This document shows, in pieces, positions 1 through 9,560 of a stretch of DNA of 64,000 nucleotides. The translations under genes and the position numbers were made by a program. Position 1 is the first letter of the stretch. Every line of letters begins with the position of its first letter. Under the pieces are notes generated by a model. The model had not been told where the DNA came from and did no database searches. It was given only the letters and a program-made list of their open reading frames with translations. The stretch is from Spirochaetia bacterium (GTDB lineage: Bacteria > Spirochaetota > Spirochaetia > WTKD01 > G963693115): the NCBI GenBank assembly GCA_965226055.1, contig CBDDCA010000005.1, forward strand, positions 448,001 through 512,000, read 5' to 3'.

Positions 1-2745
1 CAAGCCTAATTTATCTACTCCATCCTGGGTATACTTGCCTCCACTTGCACTTCCTATGGCTACTTTTCTTCCATTGCTTACTACTTCTTGTGCATTTGCT
101 GGGTTCGTATCTTTTTGCAAGCCATATACGGTATATACCAGCCCGTCATTATTGGTTATCGGATTTCCTGACGCATCTATTGCATTGGTAAATGCTGTCA
201 ACTCGGTCACTTCTATTTTTATTGTCCCTTCTCTTGTCAGTGACTTACTCACTGCTAAGATATCATTCACTAAGGACTGGGCTGGCGGTACTGCTTGTAC
301 TCCTTCCATTGTCAGCTTCTTTATTGTTCCTGCTGTTCCGCTTGCCACTTTTGTGCTATTGAGTGTATTTATCGCTGCTACTCCTACCGTATAGGTCTTT
401 TTGTCTTCTCCTGCAAAGGTGATGCTGTGCTTGGTCGCACTATTGCTTCCTTGTACCACACGGCTTCTTACTCCGCTTTCTGCTTGTATTTCGTCTAGGG
501 TGCTATGGTCTCCTTCTGCTATGTACACTCTATACTCTACTTGTGATTGTGATAACTCCGTCCCTGCTGGTGTTTTATACGATGCTCCAAATGTTCCTAT
601 ACTAAACTCATAGATCCCCTTAAATGATTGTGCTTCTTTTAAGGTTGCTCCACTGGGCATAGGGGGGGCTGTCGATACACTATCCCATACTTTGAGCTTT
701 GTGCTTGCTATGTCTGTTGCGGGACTTACTTGCCCGCCTTTTATCTCTACAAGAAAAAATCCGTATTCTTTTGCTGTTCCTTCTGTGCTTGCTACTTCTA
801 GGCCATCTGCTATCCCAAAGTATACTTCTTTTGTACTTCCTGTTATGCTCTTTTCTGCTACGACTGTTGCTCCTTCGTTCATCCTTACTCGATAATAGAT
901 ACTACTTCCAGGGCCTGTCTTAAATGCTACCTTTGCTCTTATTGCCCCGCTCTTATCAAGCGTAATCCCTTCTACTCCATCCTTTGAGGGGGCTGCTAGT
1001 GCTGCTGGTACTGTCACCTCTGCTGTTTTTTCACTCTCGTTTCCTGCATAATCTTTACTCAATATCTTTACTTCGTAGGTCTTTCCTGATTCTAAACTTG
1101 CTATTTCTTTATAGAAACGGGTCGCTGGATACTTCACTGCTGTCGATGGCAACACTTCGGTATTGGGGGCTTCTTTCTCTGCTACACTTACTAGATATTC
1201 TTTTATGTCTTGATTTTTCGCAAGTATAGTATTTGGTGCTCCCCACTCTATACGCAACGCTTTCTTGCCTCCTGAAAGCACTACTTTACTGGTGATACTT
1301 CCTACGGCATCAGGTGCTTCTGTATCTGCATTTGTGAGTGTTGTCACTTCTTTTTCTGCTGCTGCTCCTTCGTTATCAGCACTATCAAGCGATACGACTT
1401 TCACCTTGTATTTTGTTGCTGCTTCCAAGCCTGTTATTTCGGCATTCCTTACACTACTGCTCCTTATCGTCTCTGTCTTTACTACTGTTATCCCTTGCAT
1501 TACTGTTATCTTTACTCCTGCATAATCTCCTACTTGCGGTGCTTGCCAGCTTACTATCACTCTAGTTTGCCCTGCTACTACTCCCACATTTGTTACTGTT
1601 TCTGTCTGCTTATCGGTGGTGGTTCCTTCTTTCTCTACTGCCGTGTAGTATCTCCCGTTCTTATAGGGTCGCACTATCGCTTTGTAGCTCTGTACTCCAT
1701 AGAGCTTGGTTACTGCTACGCCATTCTGCCCTACATACAGCATCCCTTTTTCTTCTGTCGCATTTGCTACTTGGGCAACACTGTTTTTTGTCACACGAGC
1801 ATCTGCTACTACTTGTCCCGTGCTTGTCTCTACTACTACCAACAGTTCTACTTCACCGCTTACATCGTAATTCCCCCATGTAATAAGCAGACTCTCATCT
1901 GCTGCTGCTCCTGTTTTATCTTTTGCTTCTACTTTTACATTTGATGCTTGTAACGCAGGCACTGCTTCTCCGAGCTTTGAGGGATCTATATCTGTCAATT
2001 CTTCTTTTATGCTTGCTTTGTTGCCATTGATATCTTCATAGACTATCTTTACATCGTAGCGTACATTACTGCTTGTCGCTACCGAAAACGCAAGCTCTCC
2101 GCTCTCTATATTGGTTATTTCTTTTTTCGCTACTACCTCTCCTGATGCATTTTCTATTTGCACCTCTGCTTTGCTTATATCGGTTTTGCCTTTCCCTAGC
2201 CTCTTTGTGTCCCATACTACTTTGAGCTGGTTGTCTCCTGCTTTCTCTACTCCTACATGAAAAAAGCCATCTTGCGGGGCAGTGGTATCCGCTGCGGTAA
2301 TAATTTCTTGCGATACCTTTGACGACTTCTGACTTCCTGATTGTGCTTCTACCTCTATCGTATAGGCGGTATGCTCTTTCAAGCCTTTTAGCTCATATTT
2401 TAGCCTTCCCAGAAAGAGTTCTTTATATTCCTGTGCGGGTACTGTTACGCTAAAAGACTGCCCTGTAGTGCCTACGGGACTTGCAGTGATGACTACACTG
2501 TCCGCTGCTACTGGTGCTTCCCAGCTGAGCTCTAGTGATCCATTATCTGCTACTGATGTTATCGATAAATCTGATACTGACCCAAGTGTTGTCGGTGTCG
2601 GTGGAGTAGGATCAGACCCTCCTCCTGATGAACTGCTACTACTATCTGTACATGCTATGAGTATAGCAGCTATCACTATATATACGAGAAAAGAGAGTTT
2701 ACCCCCCCCCCCCCCCATTTTTCGTGTTATATTATTTCTTATCAT
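1..2745 (-). CDS. Large FN3-type surface lipoprotein, 3' end beyond the left window edge; paralog of 50932..55581; missing from the ORF track
   Basis: Manual translation from ATG 2745 (SD AAGGAG at 2752-2757): MIRNNITRKMGGGGGKLSFLVYIVIAAILIA-C-TDSSSSSSGGGS..., with a lipobox Cys and an FN3-like LELSWEAP. The same frame at positions 1-135 reads YTVYGLQKDTNP..., matching YTVYGLQKDTDP of the paralog. The middle of the gene was not checked codon by codon. Confidence 0.88.
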   Translation of the reverse strand, partial: MIRNNITRKMGGGGGKLSFLVYIVIAAILIACTDSSSSSSGGGSDPTPPTPTTLGSVSDLSITSVADNGSLELSWEAPVAADSVVITASPVGTTGQSFSVTVPAQEYKELFLGRLKYELKGLKEHTAYTIEVEAQSGSQKSSKVSQEIITAADTTAPQDGFFHVGVEKAGDNQLKVVWDTKRLGKGKTDISKAEVQIENASGEVVAKKEITNIESGELAFSVATSSNVRYDVKIVYEDINGNKASIKEELTDIDPSKLGEAVPALQASNVKVEAKDKTGAAADESLLITWGNYDVSGEVELLVVVETSTGQVVADARVTKNSVAQVANATEEKGMLYVGQNGVAVTKLYGVQSYKAIVRPYKNGRYYTAVEKEGTTTDKQTETVTNVGVVAGQTRVIVSWQAPQVGDYAGVKITVMQGITVVKTETIRSSSVRNAEITGLEAATKYKVKVVSLDSADNEGAAAEKEVTTLTNADTEAPDAVGSITSKVVLSGGKKALRIEWGAPNTILAKNQDIKEYLVSVAEKEAPNTEVLPSTAVKYPATRFYKEIASLESGKTYEVKILSKDYAGNESEKTAEVTVPAALAAPSKDGVEGITLDKSGAIRAKVAFKTGPGSSIYYRVRMNEGATVVAEKSITGSTKEVYFGIADGLEVASTEGTAKEYGFFLVEIKGGQVSPATDIASTKLKVWDSVSTAPPMPSGATLKEAQSFKGIYEFSIGTFGASYKTPAGTELSQSQVEYRVYIAEGDHSTLDEIQAESGVRSRVVQGSNSATKHSITFAGEDKKTYTVGVAAINTLNSTKVASGTAGTIKKLTMEGVQAVPPAQSLVNDILAVSKSLTREGTIKIEVTELTAFTNAIDASGNPITNNDGLVYTVYGLQKDTNPANAQEVVSNGRKVAIGSASGGKYTQDGVDKLGL
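2702..2716 (-). repeat. G15 homopolymer in the signal-peptide coding region (candidate phase-variation tract, currently in frame)
   Basis: 15 C on the + strand, read as ATG GGG GGG GGG GGG GGT on the coding strand. Confidence 0.9.
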
Positions 2746-2788
2746 ACATCACTCCTTATGATATAATTTTATTTTTATCAACTTTTAC

Positions 2789-2817
2789 ATTATATATATT
2801 ATTTCCTATTTTGTCAA
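2789..2817 (-). promoter_or_regulatory. Consensus sigma70 promoter of the lipoprotein gene
   Basis: TTGACA (2817-2812), 17 nt, TATAAT (2794-2789). Confidence 0.85.
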
Positions 2818-2824
2818 TATAGAT

Positions 2825-2841
2825 AAAAAAAAAAAAAAAAA
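2825..2841 (-). repeat. T17 tract just upstream of the -35 box
   Basis: A17 on the + strand followed by TACAC; the same A17-TACAC occurs at 55687-55708. Confidence 0.85.
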
Positions 2842-2967
2842 TACACTTTTTTTATCGCATATCCCTTATATCTGAAAGCACTAGCATATAAGTATAGTAC
2901 TAAAGAAATAAAAGTACTATACTAAAAAAAGAATAAAAAATATATACATATATAATAAGGAGTTATT

Positions 2968-5685
2968 ATGAAAGAAACATTGGCATATATATCTTTCTTT
3001 GGCAAAGGTATATCCGAAGGAGATTCATCAATGAAAGAAATACTAGGAGGAAAAGGAGCTAATCTTGCTGAAATAGCAGGCTTAAACATACCAGTTCCTC
3101 CTGGATTTACGATTACTACCGAAGCTTGTGCAAAATACAATGAAACAAAAAAGTTTCCTCCAGGACTAAAAGAGAGTACTAAAAAAGCAATCACTCGACT
3201 TGAAACTATACTTTCAAAAAAGCTAGGAGATTCTAAAAATCCATTATTAGTATCAGTTCGTTCTGGAGCGGCAGTATCAATGCCTGGCATGATGGATACT
3301 ATTCTTAACCTAGGGCTAAATGATACATCTGTTATAGGACTAGCACAGTCTTCTCAAAATGAACGTTTTGCATGGGATGCCTATAGAAGACTTATCAATA
3401 TGTTTGGTAATGTTGTATACAACATGAACCATCATGATTTTGAACAAGCTCTTACAAAAGTAAAAAATGAGTATGATGTAGAACTAGACACTGAGCTTAA
3501 TGCAGAAGCATTAAAAAAAGTAGTACTTGCATATAAAGCTCTTTTTAAGAAACATGCAAACAAAGATTTTCCTCAAAATGCACACACACAATTACAAGAA
3601 GCTATTTTAGCAGTATTTAGTTCATGGAACAACGAACGTGCTATAACATATAGAAAACTAAATAAAATTTCTGGATTATTAGGAACAGCAGTAAATGTGC
3701 AGTCTATGGTATTTGGAAATTTTGGGCTTGATTCTGGTACTGGTGTTGCTTTTACTCGTGATGCATCAACAGGAGAAAAAGTATTTTATGGTGAATATCT
3801 TATGAACGCTCAAGGAGAAGATGTAGTAGCAGGAATACGAACACCAAAAAAAATACATGCTCTAAAAAAACAACAACCAAAAATATATTCTCAATTAGTA
3901 GCAATAAAAGATAAGTTAGAAAAACATTATCGTGATATGCAAGACATAGAGTTTACCATAGAACAGGGAAAACTGTATATTTTACAAACAAGAAGCGGAA
4001 AACGCACTGGTGCAGCAGCAATAAAAATTGCTGTAGATATGGTAAAAGAAAAACTCATTACTAAAGAAGAAGCATTACTTCGTGTTGATGGAGAACTATT
4101 TCAACAGGTATTTCATCCCCGTATTGATGATAAAGCAAAAAAAACATCATCTGTACTAGCAAAAGGAATCAATGCATCTCCCGGAGCAGCAGTTGGCAAG
4201 ATAGTTCTCTCTTCAGAGGAAGCACAAGCCGCTGCCCAAAAAGGCATTAAAACGATATTAGTACGCGAACAAACATCCCCCGAAGACATTGGAGGAATGA
4301 GTGTAGTACAAGGTATCCTCACAAGTACTGGAGGAATGACAAGTCATGCTGCAGTCGTAGCAAGAGGAATGGGAACTCCCTGTATTGTTGGTTGTTCTGC
4401 ACTACAAATAAAAGATGGAAGTGTAATTATAGCTGATAAAGAATATCCAGTAGGAACAATACTTACCTTAGATGGTTCTACAGGAGAAATATATGATACT
4501 GCACTTCCACTTATTGAAGCAAGTATTAACAATGATATAAAAGCATTCCTCAGCTATGCCGATCAAATACGATCAGCTGCAAAACGCCCTAAAGATCATC
4601 CTTCAAGTTTTAATATTCGAGCAAACGCTGACACTCCAGAAGATGCCTTAAAAGCACGAAATTGGGGAGCACAGGGAGTCGGATTATGTAGAACAGAACA
4701 CATGTTTTTCAACGAAGATAGAATACGCATTTTTCGAGAAATGATACTAGCCGATGATCAAAAGAGTAGAAAAAAAGCATTAGATAAGCTCCTTCCTTTA
4801 CAAAAAAAAGACTTTGAAGGCATTCTCACTGCAATGAAAGGATTGCCAGTAACTATTAGGCTTCTTGATCCACCTTTACATGAATTTTTACCACAAGAAG
4901 CAAAACAGCAATCTGAGCTAGCATCTATGCTTAATATCTCTATTACTGAAATACAACACAGAATACAAAGACTTCATGAAAGCAACCCTATGATGGGATT
5001 GCGTGGATGTAGACTAGGAATTATATATCCTGAAGTATATGAAATGCAAATTAGAGCAATCATCAATGCTGAAATATCATGTCTTAAAAAAGGCATTAAA
5101 GTAAAACCTGAAATAATGATACCGTTAGTAGGCTCATATACAGAATTAGCACGCCTTAGAGAACTTGCACAATCTATAATAAAAGAAGAAAAACAAAAAA
5201 ATAAACTCAGTATTAGTTCAAAAATAGGCACTATGATAGAAATCCCTCGAGCAGCCATCACTGCAGATCAAATTGCTCAATATGCAGATTTCTTCTCTTT
5301 TGGCACAAACGACTTAACACAACTTACCTATGGTTTTTCAAGAGAAGACACCTCTTCTTTCTTTCCTAATTACCTTGATGAAAAAATATTAGAAAATGAT
5401 CCATTCCAAATACTAGATACTACAGGAGTGGGCTTTCTGGTAAAACATGCTACTATTGCAGGAAGAACGACAAAGCCAAACCTTTCTCTCGGCATTTGTG
5501 GTGAACACGGAGGAGAACCCCACTCCATCAACTTTGCGTACCAATGTGGATTAAACTATGTATCCTGTTCTCCATTAAGAGTACCTGTTGCACGCCTTGC
5601 TGCAGCTCAAGCAGTAATAAAATCAAGCAATCAAAAGGCTACTTCTATCAAAAAAACTACTAAAACAACAAAAAAGAGTACGTAG
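2968..5685 (+). CDS. ppdK: Pyruvate, phosphate dikinase
   Basis: LGGKGANLAE, VRSGAAVSMPGMMDTILNLG, phospho-His motif GGMTSHAAVVARG, GICGEHGG. Confidence 0.98.
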   Translation: MKETLAYISFFGKGISEGDSSMKEILGGKGANLAEIAGLNIPVPPGFTITTEACAKYNETKKFPPGLKESTKKAITRLETILSKKLGDSKNPLLVSVRSGAAVSMPGMMDTILNLGLNDTSVIGLAQSSQNERFAWDAYRRLINMFGNVVYNMNHHDFEQALTKVKNEYDVELDTELNAEALKKVVLAYKALFKKHANKDFPQNAHTQLQEAILAVFSSWNNERAITYRKLNKISGLLGTAVNVQSMVFGNFGLDSGTGVAFTRDASTGEKVFYGEYLMNAQGEDVVAGIRTPKKIHALKKQQPKIYSQLVAIKDKLEKHYRDMQDIEFTIEQGKLYILQTRSGKRTGAAAIKIAVDMVKEKLITKEEALLRVDGELFQQVFHPRIDDKAKKTSSVLAKGINASPGAAVGKIVLSSEEAQAAAQKGIKTILVREQTSPEDIGGMSVVQGILTSTGGMTSHAAVVARGMGTPCIVGCSALQIKDGSVIIADKEYPVGTILTLDGSTGEIYDTALPLIEASINNDIKAFLSYADQIRSAAKRPKDHPSSFNIRANADTPEDALKARNWGAQGVGLCRTEHMFFNEDRIRIFREMILADDQKSRKKALDKLLPLQKKDFEGILTAMKGLPVTIRLLDPPLHEFLPQEAKQQSELASMLNISITEIQHRIQRLHESNPMMGLRGCRLGIIYPEVYEMQIRAIINAEISCLKKGIKVKPEIMIPLVGSYTELARLRELAQSIIKEEKQKNKLSISSKIGTMIEIPRAAITADQIAQYADFFSFGTNDLTQLTYGFSREDTSSFFPNYLDEKILENDPFQILDTTGVGFLVKHATIAGRTTKPNLSLGICGEHGGEPHSINFAYQCGLNYVSCSPLRVPVARLAAAQAVIKSSNQKATSIKKTTKTTKKST

Positions 5686-5717
5686 ATATTGGCTTTAATA
5701 TACAATAAATAAGGCAC

Positions 5718-5755
5718 AATAAAAAAGTGATGGTACATACCATCACTTTTTTATT
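5718..5755. terminator. Bidirectional intrinsic terminator between convergent ppdK and rnhA
   Basis: Perfect inverted repeat AATAAAAAAGTGATGGTA-CA-TACCATCACTTTTTTATT. Confidence 0.85.
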
Positions 5756-5782
5756 CTTTTATCCTTTACCAATAATATACAA

Positions 5783-6226
5783 TTATATAGATATATTACT
5801 CATACTTTCATTTACAAGTGTATCACATAACTCATTATACTCATTATTATCATGACCTTTCACCCACACCCATCGTATAGTCACTTGTTCATTGAGCATA
5901 TGTAGTTGCTCCCATAATTGTTTATTCAATACAGGTTTGCGATTACTTGCTTTCCAATTATTACGTAACCATTTATCAATCCATTCAGTGATGCCTTTTT
6001 GTACATATTGAGAATCAGTATACACTGTAATAATACTTTTTGGACGCACTCTTTCTATCCATAATAGAGATTTTATTGCAGCAATAAGCTCCATTCTATT
6101 ATTAGTAGTGTCAGAAACAGCTTCACTCTCAGCATAGGTATACTTTGGAACATAAAAAGCCCATGCTCCTAGCCCAGGGTTTCCTCGACACCCTCCATCA
6201 GTATAAATCTCTAATTTATCATTCAT
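5783..6226 (-). CDS. rnhA: Ribonuclease HI
   Basis: IYTDGGCRGNPGLG, TTNNRMEL, TDSQYV, WVKGH motifs. Confidence 0.97.
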   Translation of the reverse strand: MNDKLEIYTDGGCRGNPGLGAWAFYVPKYTYAESEAVSDTTNNRMELIAAIKSLLWIERVRPKSIITVYTDSQYVQKGITEWIDKWLRNNWKASNRKPVLNKQLWEQLHMLNEQVTIRWVWVKGHDNNEYNELCDTLVNESMSNISI

Positions 6227-6271
6227 TATAATTATTATCCCTTTCTTTTTTATTTCCTTTACTATTTTCTA

Positions 6272-6955
6272 CTATGGAAGTGGTAGAAATACCACAGAAA
6301 AATCATTATCCAAATATTTTTCCTTAAAAGATTTTATCTTAAAATTTTTTGATTGCAAATACGTAATAAGTGTTTCAGGATTATGATAATTAAAAATAGA
6401 ATACTTATACTTTGAATCTGTATGCAAAAAATTACACACAACCCCTTTTTTAGCACTCTTACACATTATTGAAAGGGCAAATTCAATAACAGCATACTTA
6501 GCAATTACCTTTTCTTCTGGATCCTTAAAATAATTACTCGCATCTAAATTCCATACACCAGAAAGAAACACTACATCATAAGAATTAGGCAGTACAGTAA
6601 CATCACTCTTTAGTATATCAAAAACAGAAAAATATGCATCAGGAAAACGTTTTTTTACTTTTTTAATATACTGTGGATTACTATCAATACCTGTATATTG
6701 ATATTGTAGTTTTTCTTGACACATATACTCAAAAAGAGCAGCATACCCACAACCCACATCAATTACAGTATTACCCATCTTTAGATCTAGCTCTTTTTGG
6801 GCCAACTCTACCAGTACTTCAAACCGCTTAAATTGTGATTCACGACTCATCCATCCTAACAGCTCATCACTATCATCCTTGTCTGTATTAGAATAAAACA
6901 CAGAGGTCACTTTTTTATAAACTTCTAAAACTTTTTGAACCAATGGGGTAAGCAA
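6272..6955 (-). CDS. Class I SAM-dependent methyltransferase
   Basis: VIDVGCGYA motif I, YTGID motif II; TTG start. Confidence 0.8.
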   Translation of the reverse strand: MLTPLVQKVLEVYKKVTSVFYSNTDKDDSDELLGWMSRESQFKRFEVLVELAQKELDLKMGNTVIDVGCGYAALFEYMCQEKLQYQYTGIDSNPQYIKKVKKRFPDAYFSVFDILKSDVTVLPNSYDVVFLSGVWNLDASNYFKDPEEKVIAKYAVIEFALSIMCKSAKKGVVCNFLHTDSKYKYSIFNYHNPETLITYLQSKNFKIKSFKEKYLDNDFSVVFLPLP

Positions 6956-6963
6956 AATATCAC

Positions 6964-7617
6964 TTATTCTCCCTTTGAAGAAACATCTCCATCTTTGCTA
7001 GTACTATTATCTCCCTGCACTGTATCATTTACTGACACAGATTGTGCTTCTTCTTTATTTTGTACACTCACAGTTTCATTATCCGCATCTGTACTGCTTT
7101 CTTTCTTTTCTTCTTTATTATCAGAATGAGAAGAAACAACTGTCTCTTTACTAGCTTGTACAGCAGGCGATTGATTACTAACAGTATTTTTATTACCAGA
7201 TTTTCCTTTTTTACTTTTACTATCCTTTTTTAGAACAGCACTATCATTTTCTGATTCATTTGTAGAAACAACAAGTGATATATACACCATCTCACTTGCG
7301 TCACCATATCTTTGACCGAGCTTTACAATGCGTGTATATCCCCCTTTTCTATCAACAAAAAGAGGTGCTATTGAAGTAAATAATTTTGCATGCACTTCTT
7401 TGTCTTGCACCCATTTTGCAACTAACCTACGATTAGCAACTGAATCTACTCTTGCTCGTGTTATCATTCGTTCTGCAATTCGCTGTAATACCTTGCTCTT
7501 CGCTAATGTAGTTTTAATCCTTTCATATCGAAATAATGCTACCAACATATTTCGAATCATAGCTTTTCTATGAGCTGGTGTTTTACTTAGTTTTTTTAAT
7601 TGTATTCGATGATTCAT
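6964..7617 (-). CDS. rplQ: 50S ribosomal protein L17 with a long low-complexity C-terminal tail
   Basis: HRKAMIRNM, GGYTRIVK; follows rpoA. Confidence 0.96.
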   Translation of the reverse strand: MNHRIQLKKLSKTPAHRKAMIRNMLVALFRYERIKTTLAKSKVLQRIAERMITRARVDSVANRRLVAKWVQDKEVHAKLFTSIAPLFVDRKGGYTRIVKLGQRYGDASEMVYISLVVSTNESENDSAVLKKDSKSKKGKSGNKNTVSNQSPAVQASKETVVSSHSDNKEEKKESSTDADNETVSVQNKEEAQSVSVNDTVQGDNSTSKDGDVSSKGE

Positions 7618-7629
7618 AATTACTCCAAT

Positions 7630-8649
7630 CTATTCGTGTTTATTTAATTCTTCTGGCAAAGACATTCCTAAAGATAAATCCATATCCTGTAATTTTTGTC
7701 TTATTTCATCCATCGATTTTGCACCAAAATTTGGTAAATTAGCTATTTCTCTTTCTGTTAGTGAAACTAATTCATAGATTTTCTTAATATTAGCAGCACG
7801 TAAACAATTAGATGAACGAGACGATAACTCTAACTCATCAACAGAAAGCTCTAACAATTTTTTCATATCATTCATCTCTTGTTCAGCTTCACTATCATGC
7901 TGTTCAATAAGAGACTCATCAAAATTGATAAGAACGGTTAAATGATCTTTAAGAATTTTAGCAGCATAAGAAAGAGCATCTGCTGGAGACAAAGTTCCAT
8001 TCGTTTCAATATTGAGTATTACCTTTTCATAATCATTACGATACCCTATCCTTATGTTTTGCACTTTCAATACAACATTTATTATAGGAGAAAAAATAAC
8101 ATCAAGAGCAATCGTTCCATGCTCTTGTATATCATTAGCAAGCAATTCAGCAGGAAGATACCCTCTTCCATACTCAATATCTAATTCAATTTCAATATGT
8201 ACATCTTGTGAAGCATGAAATAAAACTTGCTGATCGTTTAAGATTTGAATATTTTGTTGTTCAAACTCTGTTGCAGTAAAAGCTTTCTTTCCTTTAAATT
8301 CTGCCTTAATAGTACTCTGTAACTGAGTATCATCAAGCACACGAAATTTCAATAGCTTTAATGCATCAATAATAGCAACAGTATCTTCTTCAACACCATC
8401 AATATTTTCAAATTCACTGCTTATAATATGCTGACTACCATCATTAAAGACACTTATTCTTATAGCACTTATAGCATATCCTTTAATAGAAGACAGCAAG
8501 GTTCTTCTCAGTGAATTTCCTATTGTTTGACCTACCCCTCTCTCAAAAGGAGAAATTTCAAACACTCCTTTATTTTTCTCTTCAGATACCTTATTAAATG
8601 TAATTGAGGTAGGTAACTTAAAACCTTTAAGTAAATGTTTAACTGACAT
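7630..8649 (-). CDS. rpoA: RNA polymerase subunit alpha
   Basis: PFERGVGQTIGNSLRRTLLSSI, alpha-CTD LELSSRSSNCL..NFGAKS. Confidence 0.98.
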   Translation of the reverse strand: MSVKHLLKGFKLPTSITFNKVSEEKNKGVFEISPFERGVGQTIGNSLRRTLLSSIKGYAISAIRISVFNDGSQHIISSEFENIDGVEEDTVAIIDALKLLKFRVLDDTQLQSTIKAEFKGKKAFTATEFEQQNIQILNDQQVLFHASQDVHIEIELDIEYGRGYLPAELLANDIQEHGTIALDVIFSPIINVVLKVQNIRIGYRNDYEKVILNIETNGTLSPADALSYAAKILKDHLTVLINFDESLIEQHDSEAEQEMNDMKKLLELSVDELELSSRSSNCLRAANIKKIYELVSLTEREIANLPNFGAKSMDEIRQKLQDMDLSLGMSLPEELNKHE

Positions 8650-8674
8650 ATTTTCTCATTTTCTCCCTTATAGT

Positions 8675-9046
8675 TTATGGACGTCGTACCTTACTTGGTC
8701 TGCAACCATTATGAGGAATGGGGGTTATATCATGAATAGACAGTACAGATAACCCTAGATTCACTACGGTACGAATCGCAGATTCTCTTCCTGTACCAGG
8801 TCCTTTCACATATACATCAACACGCTCAAGACCACATATTTCCAATGCTTTCTTTAATGCTGTCTCAGATGTCACTTGTGCAGCATAAGGAGTTGATTTT
8901 TTTACTCCCTTAAAACCAAGTGATCCTGCACTAGACCAACATATAACTTCACCATTTTCATCTGTTATAGTTACTATAGTATTATTAAAGGTAGCTTGAA
9001 TATATATTCTACCATTTACAATATTTTTTTTAACTTTTTTAGCCAT
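8675..9046 (-). CDS. rpsK: 30S ribosomal protein S11
   Basis: [22 protein letters not shown]. Confidence 0.98.
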   Translation of the reverse strand: MAKKVKKNIVNGRIYIQATFNNTIVTITDENGEVICWSSAGSLGFKGVKKSTPYAAQVTSETALKKALEICGLERVDVYVKGPGTGRESAIRTVVNLGLSVLSIHDITPIPHNGCRPSKVRRP

Positions 9047-9063
9047 GAATTACTATCCTCCTC

Positions 9064-9429
9064 CTATTTCTTCTTACCAGCAACGGTCTTCTTCTTACCT
9101 TTCCTTGTACGTGCATTCGTTTGAGTTCTCTGCCCTCTTACTGGCAAACCCTTTCTATGGCGTAATCCTTTATAGGTAGCGATATCCATAATACGTTTAA
9201 TATTCAAATTAACCTGTGTTCGCAATCTTCCTTCAACAATACATTCATTTTCAATATACTGACGAAGTTTAGTTATTTCCTCCGAACTTAAATCATTTGG
9301 TTTTACATTGATATCTATCGAAAGATCCTTACATATCTTTTCAGCAGTAGATCTTCCTATACCATAAATATAGGTAAGAGAGATATGTAAGTGTTTATTG
9401 GGTAAATCTATTCCTGCTATTCTTGCCAT
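9064..9429 (-). CDS. rpsM: 30S ribosomal protein S13
   Basis: [28 protein letters not shown]. Confidence 0.98.
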   Translation of the reverse strand: MARIAGIDLPNKHLHISLTYIYGIGRSTAEKICKDLSIDINVKPNDLSSEEITKLRQYIENECIVEGRLRTQVNLNIKRIMDIATYKGLRHRKGLPVRGQRTQTNARTRKGKKKTVAGKKK

Positions 9430-9436
9430 ATTACTA

Positions 9437-9550
9437 CTACCTCTGTTTTTGCTTATGCTTAGGATTAGAACAAATTACTCTAAGTACCCTTTTTCTTCTT
9501 ATAACTTTACAGTTATCACAAATTGGTTTAACACTTACTCTTACTTTCAT
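9437..9550 (-). CDS. rpmJ: 50S ribosomal protein L36 (Zn-ribbon type)
   Basis: [37 protein letters not shown]; start corrected to ATG 9550 after SD GGAGG. Confidence 0.97.
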   Translation of the reverse strand: MKVRVSVKPICDNCKVIRRKRVLRVICSNPKHKQKQR

Positions 9551-9560
9551 AAGTCCTCCA

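Noticed and set aside
35-2761. Many + strand ORFs (35..394, 401..613, 1265..1525, 2468..2761 and others)
   Set aside because: They are antisense shadows of the minus-strand lipoprotein gene, caused by its biased codon usage.
5783-6226. RNase H as part of a retron or retroelement
   Set aside because: It is a typical stand-alone RNase HI with no reverse transcriptase or msr-msd nearby.
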